From: Bacillota bacterium
Lineage (GTDB): Bacteria > Bacillota > Sulfobacillia > Sulfobacillales > Sulfobacillaceae
Direction: 5' to 3'
Assembly: GCA_021798975.1 (NCBI GenBank)
Contig: JAJZBJ010000001.1
Coordinates: 161-64,160, forward strand
Length of the DNA stretch: 64,000 nucleotides
The translations under genes and the position numbers were made by a program. The notes under the pieces are model-generated. The model did no database searches, was not told where the DNA came from, and worked only from the letters and a program-made list of their open reading frames with translations. Each line of letters begins with the position of its first letter. Positions within the stretch are counted from its first letter, which is position 1. Below are positions 9,182-18,770 of this stretch, piece after piece.

Positions 9182-10342
9182 GTGAAATCCTACATGGCCG
9201 CGGTCATCGGGGCGGGACCGGCAGGGGCGACAGCGGCCCGCCGGTTAGCAGAGGCGGGCATCTCGGTCATTCTCCTCGAGAAGGCCCGCATGCCGCGCGT
9301 GAAACCCTGCGGCGGCGCCCTGACCCATCGAGCCCTGGGGCTCTTGCCCGACGGTTACCAGGCGCAGCTGAAATCCCATCCCACAGATTGGACCTTTCAA
9401 GGTCGTCGCGGCCAAGCCGTCACGGTGATCCGAACCGACCCGTATTGCCATGTGGTCGAACGGCAGTTCTTTGACTTATTCTTGAGCGAGGCTGCCGAGC
9501 GCGCCGGCGCGGCCGTACACGACCAGGAAGCGGTCGTGCGCTTGAGTGTCGGATCCGGCGCCGTGACGCTGGACACCGACCACGATCAGTACAACGTCCG
9601 GTATGTTGTCGCAGCGGACGGGGCTCACGGCATGGCTGCCCGCGCGGTGCGGTTTCCGCGCCCGCTTAACGGAGCCGCCATAGAGGCCGAGGTGCCGGTC
9701 GACCAGTCCTTGCGGGATCGCTACCGCCGACGGGTGGAGATTCACGTTGGCTCCTATCCCTGGGGATACGCGTGGGTCATCCCCCGGCACGATATCCTGA
9801 ACATCGGCGTCGGATCTTTCCGGCCGCACACCTTTCCCTTAAAGCGCCGGTTCTTCGAATTTGTTGAAGCGATTACAGGAACGGCCGACGTCCGGCCTTT
9901 GGCGTACCCTCTGCCATATCGGCTGCGATTCGTTGCGCCCGTCGCAGGACCGGTGCTCTTCGCCGGAGACGCGGCCGGCTACATGGATGCCTTCTCCGCT
10001 GAAGGCATTTATTCTGCCCTGCGGTCGGGCCATCTGGCAGCCCAGGCCATCACGGCCGCGGCGGAGTCGGGCCATCCCTTGAGCCAATACAGCAGCGCGC
10101 TCTATGAAGAGTTCTGGCCTTCCCTCAAATCGGCGATAAAAATGGGACTCCTGTTCTACCCGTTGGCGGGGTACTGGTCCGATGTGTTCACCCAAAGCCC
10201 GGATCTGTTGTCGGACTACCTGGACGTAGCCATGGGCGCCCTGCCATACAACGAATTGCGGCGCCACACGGAGATGCGCTTGCTCAAGAATCCGCAGCTC
10301 TTGACAGCGCACCGCCAACACCGCCGCGGTCCCGGCCAATAG
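9182..10342 (+). CDS. Geranylgeranyl reductase-family FAD oxidoreductase
   Basis: GAGPAG, KPCGG, GYAWVIP, GDAAG...EGI; GTG start with GGAGG RBS. Confidence 0.88.
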   Translation: MKSYMAAVIGAGPAGATAARRLAEAGISVILLEKARMPRVKPCGGALTHRALGLLPDGYQAQLKSHPTDWTFQGRRGQAVTVIRTDPYCHVVERQFFDLFLSEAAERAGAAVHDQEAVVRLSVGSGAVTLDTDHDQYNVRYVVAADGAHGMAARAVRFPRPLNGAAIEAEVPVDQSLRDRYRRRVEIHVGSYPWGYAWVIPRHDILNIGVGSFRPHTFPLKRRFFEFVEAITGTADVRPLAYPLPYRLRFVAPVAGPVLFAGDAAGYMDAFSAEGIYSALRSGHLAAQAITAAAESGHPLSQYSSALYEEFWPSLKSAIKMGLLFYPLAGYWSDVFTQSPDLLSDYLDVAMGALPYNELRRHTEMRLLKNPQLLTAHRQHRRGPGQ

Positions 10343-10560
10343 CTCCCCGACCGAAACACTCGGTCGGCGGCAGCCCATGGGGCATCCTGGCCGGTTTAGT
10401 CGCCATTCCGCTGCGTTCCGGCGCGATGGATGCCACCCGCACCTGTTATAATAGACATGCTCTCCGTCAATCGAAGGTCTAACTCATTACGGCATGCCCC
10501 GCTCCACTAGGTGAGGGGGGTCGAGAATTCTGGCGCGAAGCCGCCAAATTCTACTTTGTC

Positions 10561-11235
10561 ATGCCTTCAACTCTCGTGATAGAAGATGATGTGCGGATCG
10601 CTCGATTGCTTCTGCTCGAATTGGGGCGTGCCGGCTGGGAGACCGAATGGCGATCCACCGGTCGCGAAGGCTCTCAAGCGTGCGCGTCTCGAGCCTTTGA
10701 CATCGTGCTATTGGATTTAATGCTGCCGGACATCGACGGTATCGCCGTCTGCCACATGATTCGCCAAACCACGGATTCCCCGCTCTTAATGCTGACCGCG
10801 CGCGATGCCATCACAGATCGCGTCAAAGGATTGGACGCGGGCGCCGACGATTACTTGGTCAAGCCCTTCGCCGTAACCGAGTTGCTGGCCCGCATGCGGG
10901 CGTTGACTCGCCGCCGGCCGGTTTCTCCCGGAGATTGGCTCATCGTGGGCCGGCTCCGCGTTTCCGAAACGCGGCACGAAGTGTGGGTGCAGGATAGTCC
11001 CGTTGAACTGACGGGGCGGGAGTTCTCCCTCTTGTACTATCTCATGCAAAATGCCGGCGTCGTGGTGACACGGGACATGATCCTCGAACGCGTCTGGGGC
11101 TGGGGCTACGGCGGCTCAGCGGCAGTTGTCGATGTGTACGTTGGCTACCTGCGCCATAAGATAGACTGGCACCAAGCAGAGGTTTATCTGACGACGGTGC
11201 GCGGGGTTGGGTACACGTTGAGGATACGGGGCTGA
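10561..11235 (+). CDS. OmpR/PhoB-family response regulator
   Basis: IEDD, LLDLMLP, LTA, GADDYLVKPF, C-terminal TVRGVGY. Confidence 0.95.
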   Translation: MPSTLVIEDDVRIARLLLLELGRAGWETEWRSTGREGSQACASRAFDIVLLDLMLPDIDGIAVCHMIRQTTDSPLLMLTARDAITDRVKGLDAGADDYLVKPFAVTELLARMRALTRRRPVSPGDWLIVGRLRVSETRHEVWVQDSPVELTGREFSLLYYLMQNAGVVVTRDMILERVWGWGYGGSAAVVDVYVGYLRHKIDWHQAEVYLTTVRGVGYTLRIRG

Positions 11236-12599
11236 TGAGGGCGCGCGCCTCACTCAAAGTCCAGCTGGTGCGGCAGATTGTTGTGGTCATTACCATATTG
11301 CTCACGTCGTTTTCGACCTTGACATTGGCGGCCATCGCCGCCCACTTGTACCACGATGCCCGCCGCGATACCCATACCATTCTCAACAACCTGTCGTCGC
11401 AGCATCAGGAGGCGGTTGGAGAAGTCATCCAGGCTTATAATCGCCCTACCGATCCGCGCATTTGGATGCTGCGCCACGGCCACGTGATCGCCCGCTCGCC
11501 CAATACCCAACCCATGCTGAGAAAAAATCCCTACAGCGGCCTCCTATGGCGCCCTGCCGTCTATCAACTGGACGCCCAGGTACGGAGGAACCAATTCGTG
11601 ATTGACTGGCCCCTCGGTTCGGACTGGGCTTTGCTCCAAGAATTGTCGAGTGTCGTCCTGGTCGTAACCTTGCTGGGCGCCGCGGCGAGTCTAGTGGTGG
11701 CGCGATGGGCCACCCGCCGTACGTTGGGGCCAGTCAAGGCGATGACCGACGGCGTCCAGCACATGCTCAACACGGGGCGGATGCGTCCCATGCCTCTGCC
11801 GGACGGACGCGATGAATTTCATGACTTAGCGGGACTCTTAAACCGTCTCTTGTCCGACTTGGAAGAGCGACGGCAACACGACCAAGCGCTATTGGCCGAC
11901 GCCACTCATCATCTGCGCACGCCGCTAGCCGTCATCCGCGGAAACTTGGACATCGTACTACGAGGGGACCGTACTACCGGTTCACTGCATGACGAGTCCG
12001 TAACGGCGCTGTATCGAACTCTAGACGATATGGCCCGCCTGATCGAAGATCTACTGGCGATGGAGCACGCCGCCCATTTGCCGCATACCCTGCTCATCCC
12101 TATGTCTCTCGACGGGCTGGTTTCGGAAGTCGTCGATGACGTACGGGCGCTCACATCAGACCGCCCAACCCTGGTGTTGGATGCCTCCTCGCCGAGACAC
12201 GGTCTGCCCTCCGTCGCCGCCTACCCGGCCTTCGCGCGCCGGGCTTTGTGGGCAGTAATGGAAAACGCCCTTCAGTACTGTGCCCCGGACGCTGGGCAGG
12301 TGGCGGTGCGCGTTATCGAGGATCCGCACAGCGGATTTGCAGGCATCACCGTCGGAAACAACGGGTCCGGCATTGCCCCCGAGGAATTGCCCAACGTGTT
12401 GAGTCGCTTCTACCGTGGAGAAACGGGCCGGTCATTGGCTGCCGGGAGCGGCCTGGGGCTGTCGCTGGCCCAATCGTTGATGCGGGCCCAAGGCGGCACA
12501 ATAGGCATTGTCTCCAACGCGTCCTGGACGCAGGTAACCTTGTGGTTCCGGTCGGTGGGATCCCACTATGAGGCTCTTCACGAAAAGTTCCCGCAATGA
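11235..12599 (+). CDS. Membrane sensor histidine kinase with HAMP domain
   Basis: Two TM segments, HHLRTPL, ENALQY, FYRG, GSGLGL; coupled to the regulator. Confidence 0.93.
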   Translation: MRARASLKVQLVRQIVVVITILLTSFSTLTLAAIAAHLYHDARRDTHTILNNLSSQHQEAVGEVIQAYNRPTDPRIWMLRHGHVIARSPNTQPMLRKNPYSGLLWRPAVYQLDAQVRRNQFVIDWPLGSDWALLQELSSVVLVVTLLGAAASLVVARWATRRTLGPVKAMTDGVQHMLNTGRMRPMPLPDGRDEFHDLAGLLNRLLSDLEERRQHDQALLADATHHLRTPLAVIRGNLDIVLRGDRTTGSLHDESVTALYRTLDDMARLIEDLLAMEHAAHLPHTLLIPMSLDGLVSEVVDDVRALTSDRPTLVLDASSPRHGLPSVAAYPAFARRALWAVMENALQYCAPDAGQVAVRVIEDPHSGFAGITVGNNGSGIAPEELPNVLSRFYRGETGRSLAAGSGLGLSLAQSLMRAQGGTIGIVSNASWTQVTLWFRSVGSHYEALHEKFPQ

Positions 12600-12620
12600 T
12601 CCTCTAAACCTCACCGTTCC

Positions 12621-12653
12621 TTTAAGCCTTTCTTAGATGACGTGCGCCAAAAT
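12621..12653 (+). promoter_or_regulatory. Candidate OmpR-family direct-repeat box plus -10
   Basis: TTTAAG-N5-CTTAGA then 10 nt then CAAAAT; the same box recurs at 12999. Confidence 0.45.
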
Positions 12654-12954
12654 GGAACAAAGGAGCATGCCGCACCAAACTCAGGCGTTCTTGGCGGAGA
12701 GCACCCCAAAGCGTTTGAATCCAAAACGGCATCGAACGGCCAGTGCCGTCGTTCCCGCGGGAGCGGCGGCGTGGCCTACTGCGGGTTGATTCCGATTTGG
12801 CCAACAGACCCCGGCATGGACACCGCTGCAGCTTGTCCCCCGTATCGTCCCCCGGCTATTGCGACAACCGACACGTGAACAGTAATAGTTGAAGCCGTGT
12901 CCGGGATGCATCCGAATGGACCGAACACACATCCGTGACGCATCTCCGCGCCAC

Positions 12955-13030
12955 ATTAAGAAACGTTAACACAATCATCATCAGGGTTTGATGGGGTTCT
13001 TAAGGAACTCTTAGACCGTCTTTCTATGAT
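12955..13030 (+). promoter_or_regulatory. Candidate PhoP/OmpR-type repeats and -10 for the ABC operon
   Basis: TTAAGA-N4-TTAACA, then CTTAAG-N5-CTTAGA, then TATGAT. Confidence 0.5.
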
Positions 13031-13056
13031 GGCTCCAATCACGAAAGGAGCCAGCC

Positions 13057-14181
13057 ATGGGATCGATTAAACTTCACACCATCAGTAAAAAGTTCGGCCA
13101 ACGGCAGGTGTTGCACGACATCAACATGGAAATTCAGGACGGCGAATTTGTGGTTGTCGTGGGTCCGTCAGGCTGCGGTAAATCAACCCTTCTACGGATC
13201 GTGGCGGGACTGGAGTCCCCCTCGTCAGGTGACCTGGAGTTCGACGGACGCGCGGCCACCCATATGCCTGCGCATGCACGCAACATCGGGATGGTTTTCC
13301 AGAATTACGCCCTCTACCCTCACATGACGGTGTTCGATAACCTCGCCTTCGGGATGACCGCACGCAAGAGCTCCCGGCAAGAGATCCAGCAGCGTATTAG
13401 CGAAGTGGCGGATTTGCTGGAAATTGGATCGCTGCTCAAATCTAAGCCCGGCGCGCTGTCGGGTGGACAACGCCAGCGCGTAGCTGTGGGGCGCGCGTTG
13501 GTGAGGAACCCCTATATGTTTCTCATGGATGAGCCCCTATCGAATCTCGATGCCCTGTTGCGAGAGCGGATGCGGGTTGAGCTTCGGCGTCTCCACGACC
13601 GAGTGCGGATTCCCACCTTGTATGTCACCCACGACCAAACGGAGGCCATGACCATGGCCGACCGCATCGTTGTTATGAGAGATGGGCGAATCTTGCAGGT
13701 GGGCACGCCGGATGAGGTCTATAGCCGGCCTAATTCGGTGTTCGTGGCGCAATTTCTCGGATCACCGCCCATGAATCTGGTCCGGGTGGAGCGAAGGTCG
13801 GAGGCATCGCTGGTCCTGGAGGGGTCTGAGGGAACGGCCTTTCCCGCACCCGATGGCATCCGCCGCGCCACGGACAGCGCATGGTGGATGGGATTCCGTC
13901 CCGAACGCATCATACGCAGCCATGGCGGGGCGTCCGGATTGGCTATGACGGCATCGATACGCGCCATAGAGACTTTGGGTTCCCGTTACCATGTTCATGC
14001 CAACTGGGGTCGGTTCCCGATTACCTGGGTGACCCCAGAGGCACCGGGCTTGATGCCGGGGTCGCAAGTGGCTCTGACGGTGTCATGGAATCACGTGCAT
14101 TGGTTTCATCGCGACACTGAACAGCGTGTTCCGGAAGACGCAGCCCTCGACTTCCCGGTTGAAGCGGGTGGCATCCGATGA
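13057..14181 (+). CDS. CUT1 ABC ATPase (UgpC/MalK-like)
   Basis: GPSGCGKST, VFQNYALYPH, LSGGQRQR, MDEPLSNLD, YVTHDQ. Confidence 0.93.
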   Translation: MGSIKLHTISKKFGQRQVLHDINMEIQDGEFVVVVGPSGCGKSTLLRIVAGLESPSSGDLEFDGRAATHMPAHARNIGMVFQNYALYPHMTVFDNLAFGMTARKSSRQEIQQRISEVADLLEIGSLLKSKPGALSGGQRQRVAVGRALVRNPYMFLMDEPLSNLDALLRERMRVELRRLHDRVRIPTLYVTHDQTEAMTMADRIVVMRDGRILQVGTPDEVYSRPNSVFVAQFLGSPPMNLVRVERRSEASLVLEGSEGTAFPAPDGIRRATDSAWWMGFRPERIIRSHGGASGLAMTASIRAIETLGSRYHVHANWGRFPITWVTPEAPGLMPGSQVALTVSWNHVHWFHRDTEQRVPEDAALDFPVEAGGIR

Positions 14182-15158
14182 TGGATGGGGATCTTTCTGC
14201 GGGAGCTCCGCGTGGTACCGCGCGTCCCAACATCTTATCTCGCCTAGGCCGGCTGCAGCATTACGCCCTCACGGAGACGTTGGTCGGGTATGGGCTGATT
14301 CTGCCCAGCTTGCTGGTCTTTCTGGTTTTTTATTACGGACCGGCTATCTTTCTGCTGTATATCAGCTTCTTCCACTGGAACATCTTCGCCAATCGCAGCA
14401 CCTTCGTTGGAATTCACAACTTCCTCGTCCTAGCCAATCAACCGTTGTTTTGGCAATCTCTCCTCAATACGGGCTACTATGTGCTGCTCGTGGTCCCGGT
14501 AACGACCCTTTTAGCTCTGGGATTGGCCTTGCTGCTGCGAGAAGCTCGCAACATCCGGGGCGGAGGGTTATCGCAGGCCCTGGTGTTTTTACCGCACGTC
14601 ACCCCGGTTGTGGCCACCTCGATTATCTGGGCTTGGATTTTTGACCCCAACTTTGGTTTGGCCAACGCGGTCCTGCGGTGGCTTCACCTGCCCCAAATCG
14701 GGTGGCTGGCCAGCGCCCACTGGGCACTGCCGTCCGTGATGATTTACACCGTATGGCATTCCGTCGGGCTCTATACGGTCCTGTTCTTGGCCGGCCTATC
14801 CACGTTGCCCAAACAGGTATTAGAAGCGGCCCAGATGGATGGCGCCCGCGGATGGCTGGCTTTTCGCCGCATCGTTTTGCCGCTAATTAGCCCCATTACC
14901 TTCTTCGTTATCCTGCTCGCCACCATTACCACCATGCAGACGTTTTCGCAGATTTACACATTGACGGGCGGACCGCATGGCGGTGCGGGAGGTCCCGCGT
15001 TCTCCACGACCACCGATTCACTGCTCATTTACCAAACAGCTTTTCTGTACCTGCACTTTTCTCTAGCGTCGGCCATGAGTTTCGTGCTGTTTGTGCTGAT
15101 ACTGGCGGTCACGCTGGTGCAAAAGTTTATCGCTGACCGCATGGTCTTCTATCGATAG
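14178..15158 (+). CDS. CUT1 ABC permease (UgpA-like)
   Basis: EAAQMDGA EAA loop, six TM segments. Confidence 0.9.
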   Translation: MMDGDLSAGAPRGTARPNILSRLGRLQHYALTETLVGYGLILPSLLVFLVFYYGPAIFLLYISFFHWNIFANRSTFVGIHNFLVLANQPLFWQSLLNTGYYVLLVVPVTTLLALGLALLLREARNIRGGGLSQALVFLPHVTPVVATSIIWAWIFDPNFGLANAVLRWLHLPQIGWLASAHWALPSVMIYTVWHSVGLYTVLFLAGLSTLPKQVLEAAQMDGARGWLAFRRIVLPLISPITFFVILLATITTMQTFSQIYTLTGGPHGGAGGPAFSTTTDSLLIYQTAFLYLHFSLASAMSFVLFVLILAVTLVQKFIADRMVFYR

Positions 15159-15198
15159 CACGGCACGGCCTAGTTTTGATCCATAGGGGGGACAGTTG

Positions 15199-16011
15199 AT
15201 GGTGAAAGTCAGCAAGTACTTGCTTCGCGCTGTGGCCGCAGCACTCATGGCCTCGCCCATTTACTGGGTGTTCGTCATCGCCACCGGATACCACGGAGCC
15301 GCCTATGCGCTGCCGCCGGTGATGCGGCCGCTGTTCCATTGGCATCCGTTCCTGTACGTCTGGACCCACACCCATTGGGAGCGTTACGTGCTCAATAGTG
15401 TCTTTATCTCAAGCTCCACCATTATCTTGGTGGTGGTGACGAGCGCCTTTGCCGGATATGCACTGGCCGAGCTGAAGTTCCCCGGCAATTCCGCGTACTT
15501 CTATGCCAGCTTGGGTGTCATGATGCTGCCCCAGCAGGCGCTCTTGGTTCCTCAATATGTCGTCATGTTTCATCTGCACCTGCTGAACACTTACGCGGGG
15601 CTCATCTTGCCGTTCGCAGCCAGCACCTCGGGTATCTTCCTGTTCCGGCAGTTTTTCATGAAGCTTCCCGCCAGCTATCGGGAAATCGCGCGCTTGGAGG
15701 GCGTCAGTACACTGACCTACCTGCGCCGCGTCGCAGTGCCTCTGGCTCGGCCCGCCGTCGCCACTACGGTCCTGTTGACCTTCATCTCCTCCTGGAACCA
15801 ATTTCAATGGCCCTTGATTATGACCAATAGTCTTCGCCTGCAACCGATCGAGCTGGCGCTCAGCCACTACATGCAAACCTATCAGTCGAATTGGCGGGAA
15901 TTGACATCGGCAGCCCTCATTGCGCTATTGCCCATTCTGGTGGTCTTTGCCTTCACTCAGCGCCACATCGTGCGGGCCGTGGCCGGCGGTGAGACGCCGC
16001 AAAAGGAATAG
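15199..16011 (+). CDS. CUT1 ABC permease (UgpE-like)
   Basis: FLFRQFF, EIARLEG, FISSWNQFQWPL. Confidence 0.9.
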   Translation: MVKVSKYLLRAVAAALMASPIYWVFVIATGYHGAAYALPPVMRPLFHWHPFLYVWTHTHWERYVLNSVFISSSTIILVVVTSAFAGYALAELKFPGNSAYFYASLGVMMLPQQALLVPQYVVMFHLHLLNTYAGLILPFAASTSGIFLFRQFFMKLPASYREIARLEGVSTLTYLRRVAVPLARPAVATTVLLTFISSWNQFQWPLIMTNSLRLQPIELALSHYMQTYQSNWRELTSAALIALLPILVVFAFTQRHIVRAVAGGETPQKE

Positions 16012-16108
16012 GCCCTCCTGCCGGAAAGGATGTGATTCCTATGTAATGCTGGGTGATTGCTGACAGCGACCATACGAGACGTGCTCATCAAAAGGAGGAC
16101 AAAGGTTC

Positions 16109-17425
16109 ATGGAGAAACAGAATGTGTCGTTGCGCCGAACGGTCGGCTTGGTGTCGGCGCTGGCGATCGGCGCCATGGGGATTGCCGGATACGCCCAAGC
16201 TGCGTCTAAGTCGACCCCGGCGCCTGCGGTAAAGGTCAAGACGGTAGACGTTTCCTTTTGGCAGTCCCACTCCCCTAGCCGGCCGCCGGGTCACGCGCTG
16301 ACGTATTTAATTCGGGAGTTCAACCGGACTCACAAGACGATTCACGTCGACATGACCGTCACCAAGGCCAGCCACAAGGCGCTGGGAGCTTTAGCCGTAG
16401 GCGATGCGCCCGTCATGGCGTGGATCAGCCACTATGATGGGAACTTCTTGGCGGCACACGCCCTAATCTCGTGGAACAAATACTTTAGGCTGATCCCGGC
16501 CGCTGAGATACACTCCATTTTCCCGTCCGTTTGGCAGAACGGCGAGGTCAATGGCCAGCACTACCGCATCCAGGCCAACGCCAAGATTTCTGAGCTGGTG
16601 TACAACAAAGCGATCTTCGCGAAAGCCGGCATCACGGCTCCCCCGGCCACCTGGGCTCAGCTTGCTCAAGATGTGTCGATTATAAAACAAAAGGTTCCAG
16701 GCGTCATCCCGCTAGCCTGGAAGGACTCCTCGGCTCACATTTTGCCGCCCTTCTTGTCCAACGGAGGGCTGTTGTTCAAGCCCGGCAGTCACCAGAAGAA
16801 GGTCGACTTTTTGACCCCCGCGGCTGTCCAGACCTTCACCTATTTCCGTAACATGTACCAAAAGAAAGAAATGATTTTCTCTCACGGGAGCTCCATCGCA
16901 GCGGACTTCGGGGCCGGCAAAATCGCCATTGCGGATGGCACGTCGGCTGGCTACTTCCTCAAAGTAGATGCCGTAAATAACAAGTTCCCGGTGGGCGTCA
17001 TGCCCTATCCCAAGGGAACGACCGGCCACACAGCAAATTTGATTCAGGGACTCGGCTTCGTGCTGATGATTCACCACTCCCAAGCCCAAGACAAAGCTGC
17101 GGCCGAGTTCCTGTCGTGGTTCTTCAGCCCCAAAGTGCAAGCGTATTGGGGCACCCACTCGGGCTACCCCCCGGAAACGCGGTCTGGCCTGGCGATGATT
17201 TCCCAGAGCTTTTTGACCAAGAACCCAGGGGTAGCGGTCTCGGCCCAAACACTAGCCTCGCCGTACACCATCGCCCGTCCCACGAACACCGCCTACAAGG
17301 AAGTGCAGAGTGTTCTGGACACCGAATTCTACAACGCCGTAACCGGAACGCAGTCGGTTAAGGCGGCATTGCAACAGTTGCAACAGCAGGCGGATCAGTA
17401 CCTCAGCGGGCAAAGCGCGCTGTAA
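16109..17425 (+). CDS. ABC substrate-binding protein (UgpB-like)
   Basis: Signal peptide, YNKAIFAKAG...PPATW, FLSW...WGTHSGYPP. Confidence 0.88.
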   Translation: MEKQNVSLRRTVGLVSALAIGAMGIAGYAQAASKSTPAPAVKVKTVDVSFWQSHSPSRPPGHALTYLIREFNRTHKTIHVDMTVTKASHKALGALAVGDAPVMAWISHYDGNFLAAHALISWNKYFRLIPAAEIHSIFPSVWQNGEVNGQHYRIQANAKISELVYNKAIFAKAGITAPPATWAQLAQDVSIIKQKVPGVIPLAWKDSSAHILPPFLSNGGLLFKPGSHQKKVDFLTPAAVQTFTYFRNMYQKKEMIFSHGSSIAADFGAGKIAIADGTSAGYFLKVDAVNNKFPVGVMPYPKGTTGHTANLIQGLGFVLMIHHSQAQDKAAAEFLSWFFSPKVQAYWGTHSGYPPETRSGLAMISQSFLTKNPGVAVSAQTLASPYTIARPTNTAYKEVQSVLDTEFYNAVTGTQSVKAALQQLQQQADQYLSGQSAL

Positions 17426-17442
17426 TGGCGCGTCGGCGGTTC

Positions 17443-17475
17443 TCCCCCGGCAGCTGTTCTGCCGCCGGGGGGGGG
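17443..17475 (+). terminator. GC-rich hairpin after the ABC operon
   Basis: CCCCCGGCAGC...GCCGCCGGGGG imperfect stem; no U-tract. Confidence 0.35.
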
Positions 17476-17509
17476 CAGCCTGCCCCAAATAAGCGAAGGA
17501 GGGATAGAG

Positions 17510-18052
17510 GTGCCCATCGAGTTGCCGGTGGTCAGCGAACGTCTCAAGAGTCCTTTTGTCGTGGATATCTGGATAGCTGCGGTGAGCGGTCGAGTCGACC
17601 GTCTGGTCCTCGATCCCACCCAAGTCGCCGCGCCGGACTGGGCTTTGCTATTATGGCTGTCCAGGGCCTACCACCTGCCGGTCGAGCTGATGGTGAAGGA
17701 TTCCAGTCCGTCCGTGGCGGCGGGCGTCATCGACGAGGCGGGCAGTTGTCTCATGTGGGGAGCCAATTGGTGGGAAGTAGAGCACCATGGGGCGATGCTC
17801 CCCATCAGTCCCCGGATTTCGTGGGTGCTCCGCGCCCTGAGCACAGGTGCCCCAGATGCCCCGATGCAGTTGGACGACCTCAATCGGCGACTCGTCTTCT
17901 GGAATCAGCCCCCTGTACCGCCCAAGAATTTTCGTGGCATGATACGAGCGGCCCGCTTCCGGGTCCCCGGGCACATCGTCACGTCACGCCGGCGCGGCTA
18001 TGTCTGGCAGTCATGTCAAGCGCAAAACCAGTTGGGGACACTGTCCCCCTAA
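17510..18052 (+). CDS. Hypothetical protein with possible C-terminal winged helix
   Basis: GGAGG RBS; C-terminal IVTSRRRGYVW resembles an OmpR-type wing. Confidence 0.55.
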   Translation: MPIELPVVSERLKSPFVVDIWIAAVSGRVDRLVLDPTQVAAPDWALLLWLSRAYHLPVELMVKDSSPSVAAGVIDEAGSCLMWGANWWEVEHHGAMLPISPRISWVLRALSTGAPDAPMQLDDLNRRLVFWNQPPVPPKNFRGMIRAARFRVPGHIVTSRRRGYVWQSCQAQNQLGTLSP

Positions 18053-18067
18053 AGGAGTCTGTCGATC

Positions 18068-18691
18068 ATGTTAGTAGAAGAAGCAATACGTACACGACCA
18101 AGCATCAAAGTGTTTTCGGGCGAGGCGGTTGTCGACTCCCTGGTCGCCGCTCTGTTGGATGCTGCCGTATGGGCCCCCAATCATCATTTAACCGAACCCT
18201 GGCACTTTTCTATCGTATCCGGCGCGGACCGGGAGGCTTTTGCCCGTGTTGTCCGCACTGAGATGCTGGCGCACGCGTCCGGGATTGATGCGGCAATCGT
18301 GCAAGCGAAAGCTTTAAAGGAACGCCAAAAGCTCTTGAGTGCTCCTGTTATCGTGGCCATATATTCCGACGCTGGCCCGGACGATCGTGCAACCCGCGAA
18401 AACTTCGCTGCCAGCGCGGCCGCGGCCCAAAACGTGTTGCTGTTGGCACACAGCACTGGCTTGGCGGGGATATGGCGAACGAGCGCCATCTACGAGCTGC
18501 CCGGCGTTCGAAGCGCGCTTCGCGCCCGGCCCGGAGCGATTTTTGTCGGCGCCTTATGTCTGGGATACCCGATGCAACGAAACGTGCGCCGGCGCCGTAC
18601 GCCAGCCGTCGAAAAAACCTACTGGTTTAAATCGGAAGATCTGGAGCCGCATCTCCCGGATGCCATGGACAGCCCCGTAAGCGGTGGTTAA
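18068..18691 (+). CDS. Nitroreductase family protein
   Basis: AIRTRPSIK, APNHHLTEPWHF, AAQNVLLLAH. Confidence 0.9.
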   Translation: MLVEEAIRTRPSIKVFSGEAVVDSLVAALLDAAVWAPNHHLTEPWHFSIVSGADREAFARVVRTEMLAHASGIDAAIVQAKALKERQKLLSAPVIVAIYSDAGPDDRATRENFAASAAAAQNVLLLAHSTGLAGIWRTSAIYELPGVRSALRARPGAIFVGALCLGYPMQRNVRRRRTPAVEKTYWFKSEDLEPHLPDAMDSPVSGG

Positions 18692-18770
18692 CCAGCCATC
18701 CCAGGGCGTTGTGCGTGCAGGCAGTCCCGTCCCTCTGCACGGATCTCCGGAAATGGGGACCCGACCCGTG

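Noticed and set aside
17425-18261. 278-aa ORF and the G9 run near 17467 as a phase-variable gene
   Set aside because: The ORF overlaps two better-supported genes in other frames; the G-run is part of an intergenic hairpin
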